Source: an uncultured Candidatus Rokubacteria bacterium (GTDB lineage Bacteria; Methylomirabilota; Methylomirabilia; Rokubacteriales; CSP1-6). From it: DNA of 64,000 nucleotides. Made by a program: the position numbers and the translations under genes. Shown here piece after piece: positions 37,711 to 47,819 of this stretch. The notes under the pieces were generated by a model that searched no databases, was not told where the DNA came from, and saw only the letters and a list, made by a program, of their open reading frames with translations. Position 1 is the stretch's first letter; each line of letters opens with the position of its first letter. Location: NCBI GenBank assembly GCA_963771355.1, contig CAVYTA010000006.1, forward strand, positions 128,001 through 192,000, in the 5' to 3' direction.

Positions 37711-39357
37711 ATGGCGACGATCACAGGCTCCGAGGTGCTCGCGCAGTCCCTCCGGTCGCAAGGCGTCGATACGATGTTCTACCTCATGGGTGGGCCGATG
37801 CTCGAGACCGAAGCGGCGTGCATCAAGCTCGGCATCCGGGCCATCGACACCCGCCACGAGCAGGCGGCGGCGCTGGCCGCGCACGCGTGGACGCGGGTGA
37901 CCCGCCGGCCCGGCGTGGCGATGGGCTGCTCGGGGCCCGGCGCGATCAACCTGGCCACCGGCGTGGCCAATGCCTTCACCGACTGCGCGCCGCTGGTCGC
38001 CATCGGCGGCTCGAGCCCGCGCGTATTCCTCGGGATGGAGGCCTTCCAGGAGATCGATCAGGTCGCCCTGATGAAGCCGATCACCAAGTGGACCGAGCGC
38101 ATCTACGACGCGAAGCGCATCCCCGACGTGGTCGACACCGCCTTCCGGCAGGCCACCTCCGGGCGGCCCGGGCCGGTGTACATCGACATGCCGGGCGACA
38201 TCCTGGGCGAGAAGGTGGAGGAGGAGCAGATCCACTACCCGGGGCCGTGGCGGCCGGCGCCGCGCACGCTGGGCGATCCCGCCGCGGTACGCGAGGCCAT
38301 CGCGCTCCTGGCCAAGGCCGAGCGGCCGGTGATCATCGCGGGCAGCGGGGTCTGGTGGTCGGACGGCGCCGCCGCGCTGCAGGCCCTCGTGGAGGCCACC
38401 GGCATCCCCTTCTACACCACGCCGATCTCGCGCGGGCTCATCCCCGAGGATCACGAGCTGGCCTTTCTCAATGCGCGGAGCAAGGCCTTCACCGAGGCCG
38501 ACGTGGTCCTGGCCGTCGGCACGCGCTTCAACTGGGTCATCCAGTTCGGGCGCCCGCCGCGCTTCGCCGCCGATCTCAAGGTGATCCACGTGGACATCAA
38601 CCCGACCCAGCTCGGCCACAACCGCGCCGTGGACGTGCCCATCGCGGGCGACGCGCGCGCCGTGCTCGAGCAGCTCCGCGCCGAGGCGGAGGGCAAGATC
38701 GCGCCCAAGCGCTATGCCGGCTGGACGGGCAAGCTGCGCACCCTGGACGCGGAGAAGGGCGCCGAGCAGGACAAGGCGATGAGCCAGGAGCAGACGCCCA
38801 TCCACCCGCTCCGGCTCTGCAAGGAGATCCGCGACTTCATGCGGCGCGACGGCATCCTGGTGGTGGACGGCCAGGAGATCCTCAACTTCGGCCGCCAGGC
38901 CATCCCCACCTATGTGGCGGGCCACCGGCTGAACTCCGGCGCATTCGGAACGATGGGCGTGGGCCTGCCCTTCGGGGTGGGGGCGAAGGTGGCGAAGCCC
39001 GACGCGCAGGTGCTCGTGCTGCACGGCGACGGCTCCTACGGCATCAATGCCATGGAGATCGACACCGCGGTCCGCCACAAGATCCCGGTGGTGGTGGTGA
39101 TCAGCAACAACGGCGGCTGGACCGCGGACGCGCCGTGGACGCGGCCGCTGCCCAAGCCCGGGCGCACGCTCGGGCACACGCGCTACGACCGGGTGGCGCA
39201 GGAGCTGGGCGCGCACGGCGAGTTCGTGGAGAAGCCGCACGATATCCGCCCCGCGCTGGAGCGGGCCTTCGCCTCGGGCAAGCCCGCGGTGGTCAACGTC
39301 ATCACCGACTCCAAGGCGCGGGCGCAGACGGTGCGCTTCTCCGCCTACACCACCTAG
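37711..39357 (+). CDS. TPP-dependent oxalyl-CoA decarboxylase / 2-hydroxyacyl-CoA lyase-like enzyme
   Basis: [38 protein letters not shown]. Confidence 0.88.
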   Translation: MATITGSEVLAQSLRSQGVDTMFYLMGGPMLETEAACIKLGIRAIDTRHEQAAALAAHAWTRVTRRPGVAMGCSGPGAINLATGVANAFTDCAPLVAIGGSSPRVFLGMEAFQEIDQVALMKPITKWTERIYDAKRIPDVVDTAFRQATSGRPGPVYIDMPGDILGEKVEEEQIHYPGPWRPAPRTLGDPAAVREAIALLAKAERPVIIAGSGVWWSDGAAALQALVEATGIPFYTTPISRGLIPEDHELAFLNARSKAFTEADVVLAVGTRFNWVIQFGRPPRFAADLKVIHVDINPTQLGHNRAVDVPIAGDARAVLEQLRAEAEGKIAPKRYAGWTGKLRTLDAEKGAEQDKAMSQEQTPIHPLRLCKEIRDFMRRDGILVVDGQEILNFGRQAIPTYVAGHRLNSGAFGTMGVGLPFGVGAKVAKPDAQVLVLHGDGSYGINAMEIDTAVRHKIPVVVVISNNGGWTADAPWTRPLPKPGRTLGHTRYDRVAQELGAHGEFVEKPHDIRPALERAFASGKPAVVNVITDSKARAQTVRFSAYTT

Positions 39358-39368
39358 GGGGCGCCGCG

Positions 39369-40566
39369 ATGCCCAAGGCCCTCGAGGGAATCCGGGTGCT
39401 CGACCTCACCCAGTACGAGGCCGGGCCGAGCTGCACGCAGATGCTGGCCTGGCTGGGTGCGGACGTGATCAAGATCGAGCCGCCGGCGGGGGAGCCCGGG
39501 CCGTACAGCGCTTTCGGATAAACGTGGTGAGGACGCGTGGTTCTTCCTGCTGCTCAATTCCGGGAAGAAGGGCGTGACGCTCAACCTCAAATCCCCGCGC
39601 GGCCGCGAGCTGTTCCAGGCCCTGGTGAAGCAGGCCGACGTGGTGGTGGAAAATCTCGGCCCCGGCGCCATGGACCGCCTCGGGCTGGGCTATGACGCCC
39701 TCAAGCGGCTGAACCCGCGCATCATCGCGGCCTCCGTCAAGGGCTTCGGCGCGGGCGGGCCGTACGAGAACTACAAGAGCTTCGAGTGGATCGCCCAGGC
39801 CATGGCCGGCGCGATGAGCATGACGGGCTCGCCCGATGGCCCGCCCACGAAGGCCATCGGCGGCCTGGCCGATACCGGGGCGGGGCTGCACACCGCCATC
39901 GGCATCCTGGCCGCCATCATCCAGCGCGGGGCCACCGGCGAGGGCCAGCAGATCGAGGTGGCCCAGCAGGACTCGGTGGTGAACCTCCTGCGGATACACC
40001 TGCGCGAGACGTATGCCACCGGCAAGCCCGCCCCTCGGCAGGGCAATCGCTCGGCGGCGGCGGCGCCCTCGAACCTCTACCGCTGCCGGCCCTTCGGTCC
40101 CAACGACTACGTGTTCATCCACGTGGCCACCGTGGAGATGTGGAAATCGCTCACCACCATCGTGGGGCGCCCGGAGCTGGGCGACGACCCGCGCTATGCG
40201 GACCGGCGGGATCGCGTGCAATTCGTCGATGAGCTCGACGCCATGATCGAGGCCTGGACGGAGAAGCGCACCAAGGGCGAAGTGCTGGAGATCCTGGCCG
40301 GGGCGGGGGTGCCGTGCGGGTCCGTGCTCGACTCGAAGGAGGTGCTGTCGGATCCGCATCTCCGTCAGCGCGGCTTCATCGTGGACCTCGAGCACCCGCG
40401 GCGCGGCGCCTACCCGATGCCGGGCAATCCCGTGCGCATGTCGGCGTCGCCCACCGAGGTCACGCGGGCGCCGCTGCTGGGCGAGCACAACGCGGAGGTG
40501 TACGGCGCCCTGCTCGGCCACGCGGGCGCCGAGCTCGACGCCCTGCGGCGCGACGGCGTCATCTAG
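39369..40566 (+). pseudogene. Class III (CaiB/BaiF, formyl-CoA-like) CoA-transferase with +1 frameshift near 39499
   Basis: [26 protein letters not shown] continues [23 protein letters not shown] in the next frame; LADTGAG. Confidence 0.85.
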
Positions 40567-40612
40567 GGGCGGCGCCGTCTCCACGTCTTCGGCCTCCGCC
40601 GCGCCCTCGACA

Positions 40613-41806
40613 TTCGCGGCGCTGAAGACGCGCAACTACCGCCTCTACTGGTTCGGGCTCGTCTTCTACGTGCTCGGGCACCGCGCGGAGTACGTCACCT
40701 TCGCGTGGGTGATGTGGGAGCTGACCCACAGCGCGAAGCATCTCGGATATCTGGGGCTGGCGCAGGGCGTCCCCCTGGTGGTCTTCCAGCTCATGGGCGG
40801 CGTGCTCGCGGACCGCGTGAACCGCCTCCGGCTCCTCATCGGCACCCAGATCCTCACCGCGATCACGCTCAGCCTCGCCTTCGTCCTGGCGCTCCTGGGC
40901 CTCCTCCAGGAGAACCTGCTGCTCGTCCTGGCCGTGCTCATCAACATCTTCCGCGCCTTCGACGAGCCGAGCCGCATGTCGCTGGTGCCCCAGCTCGTCC
41001 CTCGCGAGCGGCTCCCGAACGCGATCGCGCTGGGCGGGATTCCCTGGCAGGCGGGGCGGGTGATCGGCCCCTCGATCACCGGCCTCCTCATCGCGGCCTT
41101 CGGCGGCGAGGTGGGGCTGGGGCTTGCGGCGGTGGCCTCCTGCCTCGCGCTGGCGCTCTATAGCCGGCTGCGGCTGGACTCGGCCCGCCCCTCGCCGGAC
41201 GGGCAGGACCCGTTCCAGCAGCTCGTGGAGGGGCTGCGCTTCGTGGCCGGGAACTTCGTCTTCGCGGGCCTCATCTGTCTCGCCCTGTTCAATGCCGTGT
41301 TCGGTCTCTCCTATGTCACGCTCCTGCCCATCTATGCCGACTTGTACTTCGGGACCGGATCCACGGGCTACGGTGTGCTCAACGCGGCCCACGGCATCGG
41401 CGCGCTGGTGGGCTCCCTCACCATGGCCACCCTCGCCTACCTGATCCGGCGGCCCGGCAAGGCGCTGCTGGCGGGCGCCATGGGGCTGGGGCTCGGGCTG
41501 ATGGTCTTCTCGCAAGCGCCGGGCATGGGGCTGGCGGTGCCGGTGCTGATGGCGGTGGGTTTCTGTAACACCTTCTACCTGATGCAGGTGAGCACGTTTC
41601 TCCAGCAGCGGGTGCCCGACCACCTGCGCGGCCGCGTGATGGGCATCTACTCGCTATGCTGGAACCTGCTGCCGCTGGGCGGCCTGCTGGCGGGGATGCT
41701 CGCGGCCGCGGTGGACGCGCGCTTCGCCGTCCTGGTGGGCGGCGCGATGGTGGCGGCGAACGCGCTCGTCCTGCTCGGCTCGCGCCGGCTCCGCGCGCTC
41801 GCGTGA
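40613..41806 (+). CDS. MFS transporter (DHA3/EntS-like); start codon not identifiable
   Basis: FAALKTRNYRLYWFG upstream of the first GTG (40670); GGVLADRVNR, LRGRVMG. Confidence 0.85.
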   Translation, partial: FAALKTRNYRLYWFGLVFYVLGHRAEYVTFAWVMWELTHSAKHLGYLGLAQGVPLVVFQLMGGVLADRVNRLRLLIGTQILTAITLSLAFVLALLGLLQENLLLVLAVLINIFRAFDEPSRMSLVPQLVPRERLPNAIALGGIPWQAGRVIGPSITGLLIAAFGGEVGLGLAAVASCLALALYSRLRLDSARPSPDGQDPFQQLVEGLRFVAGNFVFAGLICLALFNAVFGLSYVTLLPIYADLYFGTGSTGYGVLNAAHGIGALVGSLTMATLAYLIRRPGKALLAGAMGLGLGLMVFSQAPGMGLAVPVLMAVGFCNTFYLMQVSTFLQQRVPDHLRGRVMGIYSLCWNLLPLGGLLAGMLAAAVDARFAVLVGGAMVAANALVLLGSRRLRALA

Positions 41807-41814
41807 CGCTCAGA

Positions 41815-42771
41815 CTATTGTGAGCTCGCCGCTCGGGCCGGCGTGAGCTGGGTCCGGCCCCAGGCGATGTCGAGCTCGCCCGCCCGGCTCACCGTGGCGC
41901 CGGGCACGTCGGGCGCGGTGGGGCCTTCGCCGGCCACCGTGGTCCGGTGCATCACGCGGCGATACTTGTCCTCGTCCCAGGGCCGGCCGCGGTGAAGCGT
42001 GCAGCGGTTATCCCACATGACGAGGTCACCGGATTGCCAGCGATGCGTGTAGACCAGCTCCGGCCGCGTCGCCCGCTCGAGCAGGTCGCGGATCAGCGCG
42101 CGCGCCTCGCCCGTCGGCATGCCGACGATCTCGCAGGCATGCGAGGCCACGTAGTACGCCTTGCGGCGGTTTGCCGGATTGGCGCGCACCAGCGCCTGCG
42201 GGACGGGCGGCACCTGGGCCGCGTGCTCCGGCGTCAGCAGCTCGTCGCCGACCAGGCCGCGTGAGTACTCGAAGCTGTGGATGGCCACCTTGCCCTCCAG
42301 ATGGCGCTGGAGGTCCATCGGGAGCCGCTCGTAGGCGACGCGCATGCTGGCGTACTGGGTCTCGCCGCCCTCCGGCGGCACCTCGCGGCCCGAGAGCAGG
42401 GAGGCCAGCGCGGGGACTCGCTTGAACGAGCTGTCCGTATGCCACATCTGGTTGCCGGCATTGAAGAGGTTGCGCTTGTCCCCGGCGGGGATGATCTGGT
42501 CCTCGGCGTCCACGTTGGCGAGGTTGGCGATCTCGGGCAAGGTCCTCGCCTGGCTGTTGATGCTGCGGATGGTCACCTCGAGCGGCCCGAAGCGCCGGCT
42601 GAAGGCGATCTGCTCGTCGTCGGTCAGCGATTGCCGGCGGAAGAGCAGCACCGAGTGGTCGTTGAAGGCTTCGACCACGGCCTCGAAGGTGGCCGCGTCC
42701 ACCCGCTTCACGTCCAGGTCGTGGATCTCGACGCCGAACAACGGGTGGAGGCGACTCGTCGTGAGCCCCAT
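41815..42771 (-). CDS. TauD/TfdA alpha-KG dioxygenase
   Basis: WHTDSSF, WDNRCTLH, RVMHRTT; GGAGG RBS. Confidence 0.93.
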   Translation of the reverse strand: MGLTTSRLHPLFGVEIHDLDVKRVDAATFEAVVEAFNDHSVLLFRRQSLTDDEQIAFSRRFGPLEVTIRSINSQARTLPEIANLANVDAEDQIIPAGDKRNLFNAGNQMWHTDSSFKRVPALASLLSGREVPPEGGETQYASMRVAYERLPMDLQRHLEGKVAIHSFEYSRGLVGDELLTPEHAAQVPPVPQALVRANPANRRKAYYVASHACEIVGMPTGEARALIRDLLERATRPELVYTHRWQSGDLVMWDNRCTLHRGRPWDEDKYRRVMHRTTVAGEGPTAPDVPGATVSRAGELDIAWGRTQLTPARAASSQ

Positions 42772-42806
42772 GGGGTGTCCTCCGCGCTGAGGGTGACCGT
42801 CGGCCC

Positions 42807-42820
42807 GATGATATATCATC
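42807..42820. promoter_or_regulatory. Perfect 14-bp palindrome, candidate operator in a divergent promoter
   Basis: GATGATATATCATC. Confidence 0.6.
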
Positions 42821-42823
42821 TAC

Positions 42824-42847
42824 GGGCACTCCAAAGGGCACTCCAAA
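42824..42847. repeat. 12-bp tandem duplication
   Basis: GGGCACTCCAAA x2 immediately before GGAGG RBS. Confidence 0.9.
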
Positions 42848-42857
42848 GGAGGCAGAG

Positions 42858-43688
42858 ATGACACGTCACCGGTGGGTCCTCCTGGCCGCGCTGCTGTGCG
42901 CGGCTCCCGTCGCGATCCCGACCCCCTCGGCGGCCCAGGGCGGCATCGAGCGCCTCTACGTGCTCGATTGCGGCCAGAACGTCGGCCGGGACCAGGCGCG
43001 CTGGTCGCCGGGCGTCAACGAGGGCAAGCCCATCGAGTTCTCCGACAACTGCTACCTCATCCGCCACGCCAAGGGGCTCTTGCTGTGGGATACGGGCGTG
43101 CCGGACGCCGTCGCCGCGATGCCGGACGGCATGGTGGTGGGGGGCGGTGCCCTCACCTATCGTCGCGCGAAGACGCTGGCCGCCCAGCTCGCCGAGCTCG
43201 GCGTCAAGCCCGCGGAGGTCAGTTACGTCGCCGTCTCGCACACCCATGGCGACCACATCGGTAATCTGGGGCTCTTCCCGTCCTCCACCATCCTCATCCA
43301 GGGCGCGGAGTACGACTGGGCCATGGGGCTCCCCACCAAGCCGGCGTTCGTGGCCACGCAGACGATCGAGAAGCTCGCGGGCGATCGGGACGTGTTCGGC
43401 GACGGGAGCGTCACCATCCTCTCCACCCCCGGCCATACGCCGGGCCATCAGTCGCTGCTGGTGGTACTGCCGAAGACCGGCGCGCTGGTGCTGTCCGGGG
43501 ACGCCGTCCACTTCCGGGACAACTGGGAGCAGCGCCGCGTGCCGTCGATGAACGTGAATCGCGACCAGACGCTCGCCTCGCTGGAGCGCCTTGCCTCGGT
43601 GCTGGCGGAGCGGAAGGCGACCCTCTGGATCAACCATGACCGGGCGCAGAGCGCCACCCTGCGCTACGCGCCCGCCTTCTACGAGTAG
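42858..43688 (+). CDS. Secreted N-acyl homoserine lactonase-family metallo-beta-lactamase
   Basis: Signal peptide; SHTHGDHIGN, TPGHTPGHQ, SGDAVH, INHD. Confidence 0.88.
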   Translation: MTRHRWVLLAALLCAAPVAIPTPSAAQGGIERLYVLDCGQNVGRDQARWSPGVNEGKPIEFSDNCYLIRHAKGLLLWDTGVPDAVAAMPDGMVVGGGALTYRRAKTLAAQLAELGVKPAEVSYVAVSHTHGDHIGNLGLFPSSTILIQGAEYDWAMGLPTKPAFVATQTIEKLAGDRDVFGDGSVTILSTPGHTPGHQSLLVVLPKTGALVLSGDAVHFRDNWEQRRVPSMNVNRDQTLASLERLASVLAERKATLWINHDRAQSATLRYAPAFYE

Positions 43689-43694
43689 CGCGCG

Positions 43695-44933
43695 GTGGAC
43701 TACAAGACCCTCGTGCAGGACGACCGCATCCACGCGTCCCTGTACACCGACCCGCGCGTCTTCGAGGACGAGATGGAACGGATCTTCCATCGCGGCTGGG
43801 TCTTCGTGGGCCACGCCAGCGAGGTCCCGGGGCCGGGCGACTATGTCACACGCCGCCTCGGCCGGGAGCCGGTCATCATGGTGCGCGGGAAGGACGGCGC
43901 CGTCGAGGTGCTCGTCAACCGCTGCATGCACCGCGGCACCCTGCTGTGCGCGGCCGAGCGGGGGAGCGCGCGGACCTTCGCCTGCCCGTACCACGGCTGG
44001 ACCTATGACCTCGACGGCGCGCTGCTCGGGGTGCCCTATCCCGGCGGCTACGCGGCGCTGGACAAGGGCGCGCACGGGCTGACCCGTCCGCCGCGCGTGT
44101 CCGCCTATCGCGGCTTCGTCTTCGCGAGCCTCCACCCGGACGGCCCCACGCTGGCCGAGCACCTGGGCCCCGCCACCCGGCTGATCGACCGCTCCTGCGA
44201 TCTGGCGCCCGCGGGCGAGATCGAGCTCACCGCGGGCTGGGTCAAGCACCGCTGCGCCGCGAACTGGAAGATGCTGCCCGAGAACGACAGCGACGGCTAC
44301 CACCTTGGCTTCGTGCACGCCGCGCTCTTCAAGACCGTCCGCACCCAGTATCAGCGGGTGGTGGGCGACGAGAAGTCCATCAAGGCGGTGGTGCGGGACT
44401 GGGGCGGCGGCCACATCGAGATCGACTGGTCACCCGGCTACGAGACGCCCTTCGAGTGGATCGGCGGGGCCTCGGGCGCGGCGGTGGCCGACTTCGTCGA
44501 GGCGCTGGAGCGCCGGGACGGACCCGCCGTGGCCCGCCGGCGGTTCATGGAGGGGCCGGCGCACGCCCTCATCTTCCCCAATTTATTCCTGGGCGAGACC
44601 AATGTTGCCATCGTAGAGCCGCTCTCCGTCGAGGAGTGCGTGCACTGGCACACGCCGATGTTCCTCAAGGGCGCGCCCCAGCTCAACCACCGCCTCCTGC
44701 GCATGGCGGAGGCGGGCATGGGCCCGGCATCCTTCCTGATGCCGGAGGATCTGATCATCGCGAGCCGGAACCAGCTGGGATTGCACGCGCGCACGCCGGA
44801 GTGGCTCCTGCTGAGCCGCGGGCTCAACCGTGAGGTGGTGGACGCCGAGGGCCGCACCGTCTCGCACGTCACCGACGAGACGACCAATCGCGGCTTCTGG
44901 CACCACTTCCGGACCGTGATGTCGGAGCCCTGA
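43695..44933 (+). CDS. Rieske aromatic ring-hydroxylating oxygenase alpha subunit
   Basis: CMHRG..CPYHGW, NWK..EN..DGYH..FVH. Confidence 0.95.
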   Translation: MDYKTLVQDDRIHASLYTDPRVFEDEMERIFHRGWVFVGHASEVPGPGDYVTRRLGREPVIMVRGKDGAVEVLVNRCMHRGTLLCAAERGSARTFACPYHGWTYDLDGALLGVPYPGGYAALDKGAHGLTRPPRVSAYRGFVFASLHPDGPTLAEHLGPATRLIDRSCDLAPAGEIELTAGWVKHRCAANWKMLPENDSDGYHLGFVHAALFKTVRTQYQRVVGDEKSIKAVVRDWGGGHIEIDWSPGYETPFEWIGGASGAAVADFVEALERRDGPAVARRRFMEGPAHALIFPNLFLGETNVAIVEPLSVEECVHWHTPMFLKGAPQLNHRLLRMAEAGMGPASFLMPEDLIIASRNQLGLHARTPEWLLLSRGLNREVVDAEGRTVSHVTDETTNRGFWHHFRTVMSEP

Positions 44934-44949
44934 GAGCCGGCCCGCCCTC

Positions 44950-45441
44950 ATGCTCTCCGACTCCGACTACCGCGCGGTGGAGGACTTCCTCTACCGCGAA
45001 GCCCGGCTCGCCGACGAGGCCCGCTACGCGGACTGGCTGGCGCTCTGGACCGACGACGGCGTGTACTGGGTGCCCGCCACCACCGCGCCCGGTGTCGATC
45101 CCGACCGGCATCTCTCGCATATCTACGATAACCGCGCGCGGCTGGACACTCGCGTCAAGCTCCTTCAAACCGGCCAGCGCTATAGCCAGGAGCCCGCGTC
45201 CCGGATGCGGCGGCTCATCTCCAACATCGAGGCGCGCCAGGCCGAGGGCGGCGAGCTCGTGGCCGAGTCCAACTTCCTCATCGCAGAGCTGGCCATCCAG
45301 GCGAAGCACGAAGTCCACTGGTGGGTGGGCCGCGCCACGCATCGGCTGCGCCGCGTGGACGGTGCGCTCCGGATGAGCGGAAAGACCGTGGTCCTGATCA
45401 ATGCGGCCGAGCCGCTCCCGAACCTCTCCTTCCTGATCTGA
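44950..45441 (+). CDS. Ring-hydroxylating oxygenase beta subunit
   Basis: FLYREARLAD, YWVP, SQEPASR, KTVVLIN. Confidence 0.93.
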   Translation: MLSDSDYRAVEDFLYREARLADEARYADWLALWTDDGVYWVPATTAPGVDPDRHLSHIYDNRARLDTRVKLLQTGQRYSQEPASRMRRLISNIEARQAEGGELVAESNFLIAELAIQAKHEVHWWVGRATHRLRRVDGALRMSGKTVVLINAAEPLPNLSFLI

Positions 45442-45451
45442 GGCGGCCAGC

Positions 45452-46330
45452 ATGCTCACCCGTATCGACCACGTCATGATCTGCGTGCCGGAGCTGTCCG
45501 CCGGCATCGAGGCCTATCGCCGCATCGGCTTCGACATCTATCCCGGCGGCGAGCATGCCGGCCGCGGGACACACAATGCCATCGCGTTTCACGGGGAGGA
45601 CTACCTGGAGCTGCTGAGTCCTCGCCCGGGCGGGCCCGCGCCCGTGCCCGACAGCTCCGAGGCCCGGCTCGCCGAGTTCCTGCGCGGGGGAGCCGGCTTC
45701 CGCTACATCGCGATCCAGAGTGACGACCTGGTCGCCGACGTGGCGGCCATGCGCGGGCGCGGCGTCCAGGTGAGCGATCCCGTCGTGGGCGGGCGGACGA
45801 CCCTCGCCGCCCAGGAGCTGCGCTGGTACTCGGCGGCGCTGGGCCCGCGCCATCCGCTGCCCATCTTCTTCATCCAGCACCTCACCTCCCTGGACGAGCG
45901 GCGGCGGCAGGTGCCGCGGGTAGGCAAGCACCCGAACGGCGTGCAGCACGCCGAGCGCGTGTACGTCGCGGTGCCCGACGTGGTGACGGCCGCGGAGCAG
46001 CTCGGGCGCGTGCTGGGGCTGCCGATGCCGACGATTCAGCGCGGGGCCGTCATCAAGGCCGACATGGCGGTGTTCGACCTCGGCCCCACCGGTCTCACCG
46101 TGGCCCAGCCCGCCGAGCCGGGCCCCGCTGCGGAGGCGCTCGCGCGCCGCGGGCCGGGTCCGTTCCAGGTGCTCTACCGCACGCGCAGCATGGAGGCGGC
46201 CGCGCGCTGGATGGCCGACCACGGCCTGCCGCCACCGGCGCGCGGGGTCCGCAATACCGGCGAGCAGGCCATGCTGGTCGGCCCGGCCGAGGCCTGCGGC
46301 GCCTATATCGGACTGGTAGGGCCCGCGTAA
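45452..46330 (+). CDS. VOC/Glyoxalase_3 family protein
   Basis: IDHVMI, GGEHAGRGTHN, YLEL, PIFFIQ. Confidence 0.88.
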   Translation: MLTRIDHVMICVPELSAGIEAYRRIGFDIYPGGEHAGRGTHNAIAFHGEDYLELLSPRPGGPAPVPDSSEARLAEFLRGGAGFRYIAIQSDDLVADVAAMRGRGVQVSDPVVGGRTTLAAQELRWYSAALGPRHPLPIFFIQHLTSLDERRRQVPRVGKHPNGVQHAERVYVAVPDVVTAAEQLGRVLGLPMPTIQRGAVIKADMAVFDLGPTGLTVAQPAEPGPAAEALARRGPGPFQVLYRTRSMEAAARWMADHGLPPPARGVRNTGEQAMLVGPAEACGAYIGLVGPA

Positions 46331-46359
46331 GCGGCCCGGCTCAAAGGAGGGGATGCACC

Positions 46360-47178
46360 ATAGTCATCGTCGACGCGCAGGTGCACATCTGGAGCCGCGG
46401 CAAGCCGACCAATCCGAACCACCGCCAGGTGCCGGTCTACTCCAAGGACGACGTGCTCCGGGAGATGGCCGAGGCGGGGGTGGATGCGGCGATCATCCAT
46501 CCGCCCGCCTCCTGGGATCCCGACTCGAACGAGCTGGCGGTGGAGGCCGCCCGCCAGCACCCCGACCGCTTCGCCATCCTGGGTAATTTCCCCATCGAGC
46601 GGCCGGAAAGCCGCGCGCTGGTCGAAGGCTGGAAGCGGCGGCCCGGTATGCTCGGCCTGCGCTTCGTGTTCCTCCAGCCGCATCAGCGGAGCTGGCCCAC
46701 CGACGGCACCATCGACTGGCTGTGGCCCGCCGCCGAGCGTGCGGGCCTGCCGGTCGCGCTCCACGCGTCGCACTTCATGCCCAAGGTGGGGCAGGTGGCG
46801 GAGCAGTACCCGGGCCTCAAGCTCATCGTGGATCATCTCGGCCGCACGTCCGGAACCAAGGACGCCGCCGCCTGGGCGACCCTGCCCGAGATGCTCGCCC
46901 TGGCGAAGTATCCGAACGTCGCCATCAAGGCCACCGGCGCGCCCAGCTACTCCAGCGAGCCCTACCCGTACCGCAATATCCACGCCCACCTGCGGCAGAT
47001 CTACGACGCCTTCGGCCCCGAGCGCATGTTCTGGGGCACGGATATCACGCGCATGCCCTGCTCGTGGCGGCAGTGCGTGACGCTCTTCACGGAGGAGCTG
47101 CCCTGGCTGACCGCCCGCGACAAGGAGCTGATCATGGGGCGCGCCGTCTGCGACTGGCTCGGCTGGAAGCGCGCGTGA
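46360..47178 (+). CDS. Amidohydrolase_2 family protein; apparent ATA start
   Basis: AGGAGG-N9-ATA GTC ATC GTC GAC GCG CAG GTG CAC (VIVDAQVH); IVDHLG, FWGTD. Confidence 0.85.
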   Translation: MVIVDAQVHIWSRGKPTNPNHRQVPVYSKDDVLREMAEAGVDAAIIHPPASWDPDSNELAVEAARQHPDRFAILGNFPIERPESRALVEGWKRRPGMLGLRFVFLQPHQRSWPTDGTIDWLWPAAERAGLPVALHASHFMPKVGQVAEQYPGLKLIVDHLGRTSGTKDAAAWATLPEMLALAKYPNVAIKATGAPSYSSEPYPYRNIHAHLRQIYDAFGPERMFWGTDITRMPCSWRQCVTLFTEELPWLTARDKELIMGRAVCDWLGWKRA

Positions 47179-47191
47179 GCGGAGGAGACCG

Positions 47192-47767
47192 CTAGGGCAG
47201 AAGCGCGGCCACCCCGACGCGCACCGAGGGCAGCGCCAGGGGCGAGACGACGTCGGCCCGCTGCAGCCGCCGGGCGACGCGGTACCGCCAGCCATAGAGT
47301 GCCGTCGGGTCCGGCTCGGGCTCGCGGTATACCTCGAGGACGCCATCGACGAGGTTCACGATCCAGTAGTCGCCAATGCCTGCGCGCGCGTAGAGGCTGC
47401 CCTTTTCGCTTCGGTCGAAGGTCAGGCTCGATTCCGAGACCTCGACGACGAGAGCGGGGCGCGACGGATGCGCCGCACGGTACTCGGCCCATTCGCCCGG
47501 CACCACCGCCAGGTCGGGCTCAGGCTCGGACTCGTCATCGAGGGCCACCGGGAGCTGGACCCGCACCAGCCATCCCGGCGGCAATGCCGCGCGCAGCGCA
47601 TCACCGGCGGCGCCGAGGGTGCTCGCGTGGTAGCTGCCATGCGGCTCCGCGACGACCAAGTGTCCCCCGATCAGCTCCACCGGCTCCCGGTCGAGCATAC
47701 CCAGCTCCACGATCCGGTCGTACTCGGCTCGAGTCCAGCGCCTCAGGGTCAGGGGAGCCTGCTTCAT
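47192..47767 (-). CDS. Uma2/DUF820 family PD-(D/E)XK protein
   Basis: VELIGG, EPEPDLAVV, LVVEVS, KGSLYARAGIGDYWIVNL. Confidence 0.92.
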   Translation of the reverse strand: MKQAPLTLRRWTRAEYDRIVELGMLDREPVELIGGHLVVAEPHGSYHASTLGAAGDALRAALPPGWLVRVQLPVALDDESEPEPDLAVVPGEWAEYRAAHPSRPALVVEVSESSLTFDRSEKGSLYARAGIGDYWIVNLVDGVLEVYREPEPDPTALYGWRYRVARRLQRADVVSPLALPSVRVGVAALLP

Positions 47768-47819
47768 CGATCCAACGGTATGCCTCCCGCGCCCTCGGCG
47801 TCAATGCCGTGGGATGGAT

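Noticed and set aside
47192..47767. Uma2 nuclease as a defence system
   Set aside because: Standalone member of a commonly expanded family with no partner methylase or toxin-antitoxin gene
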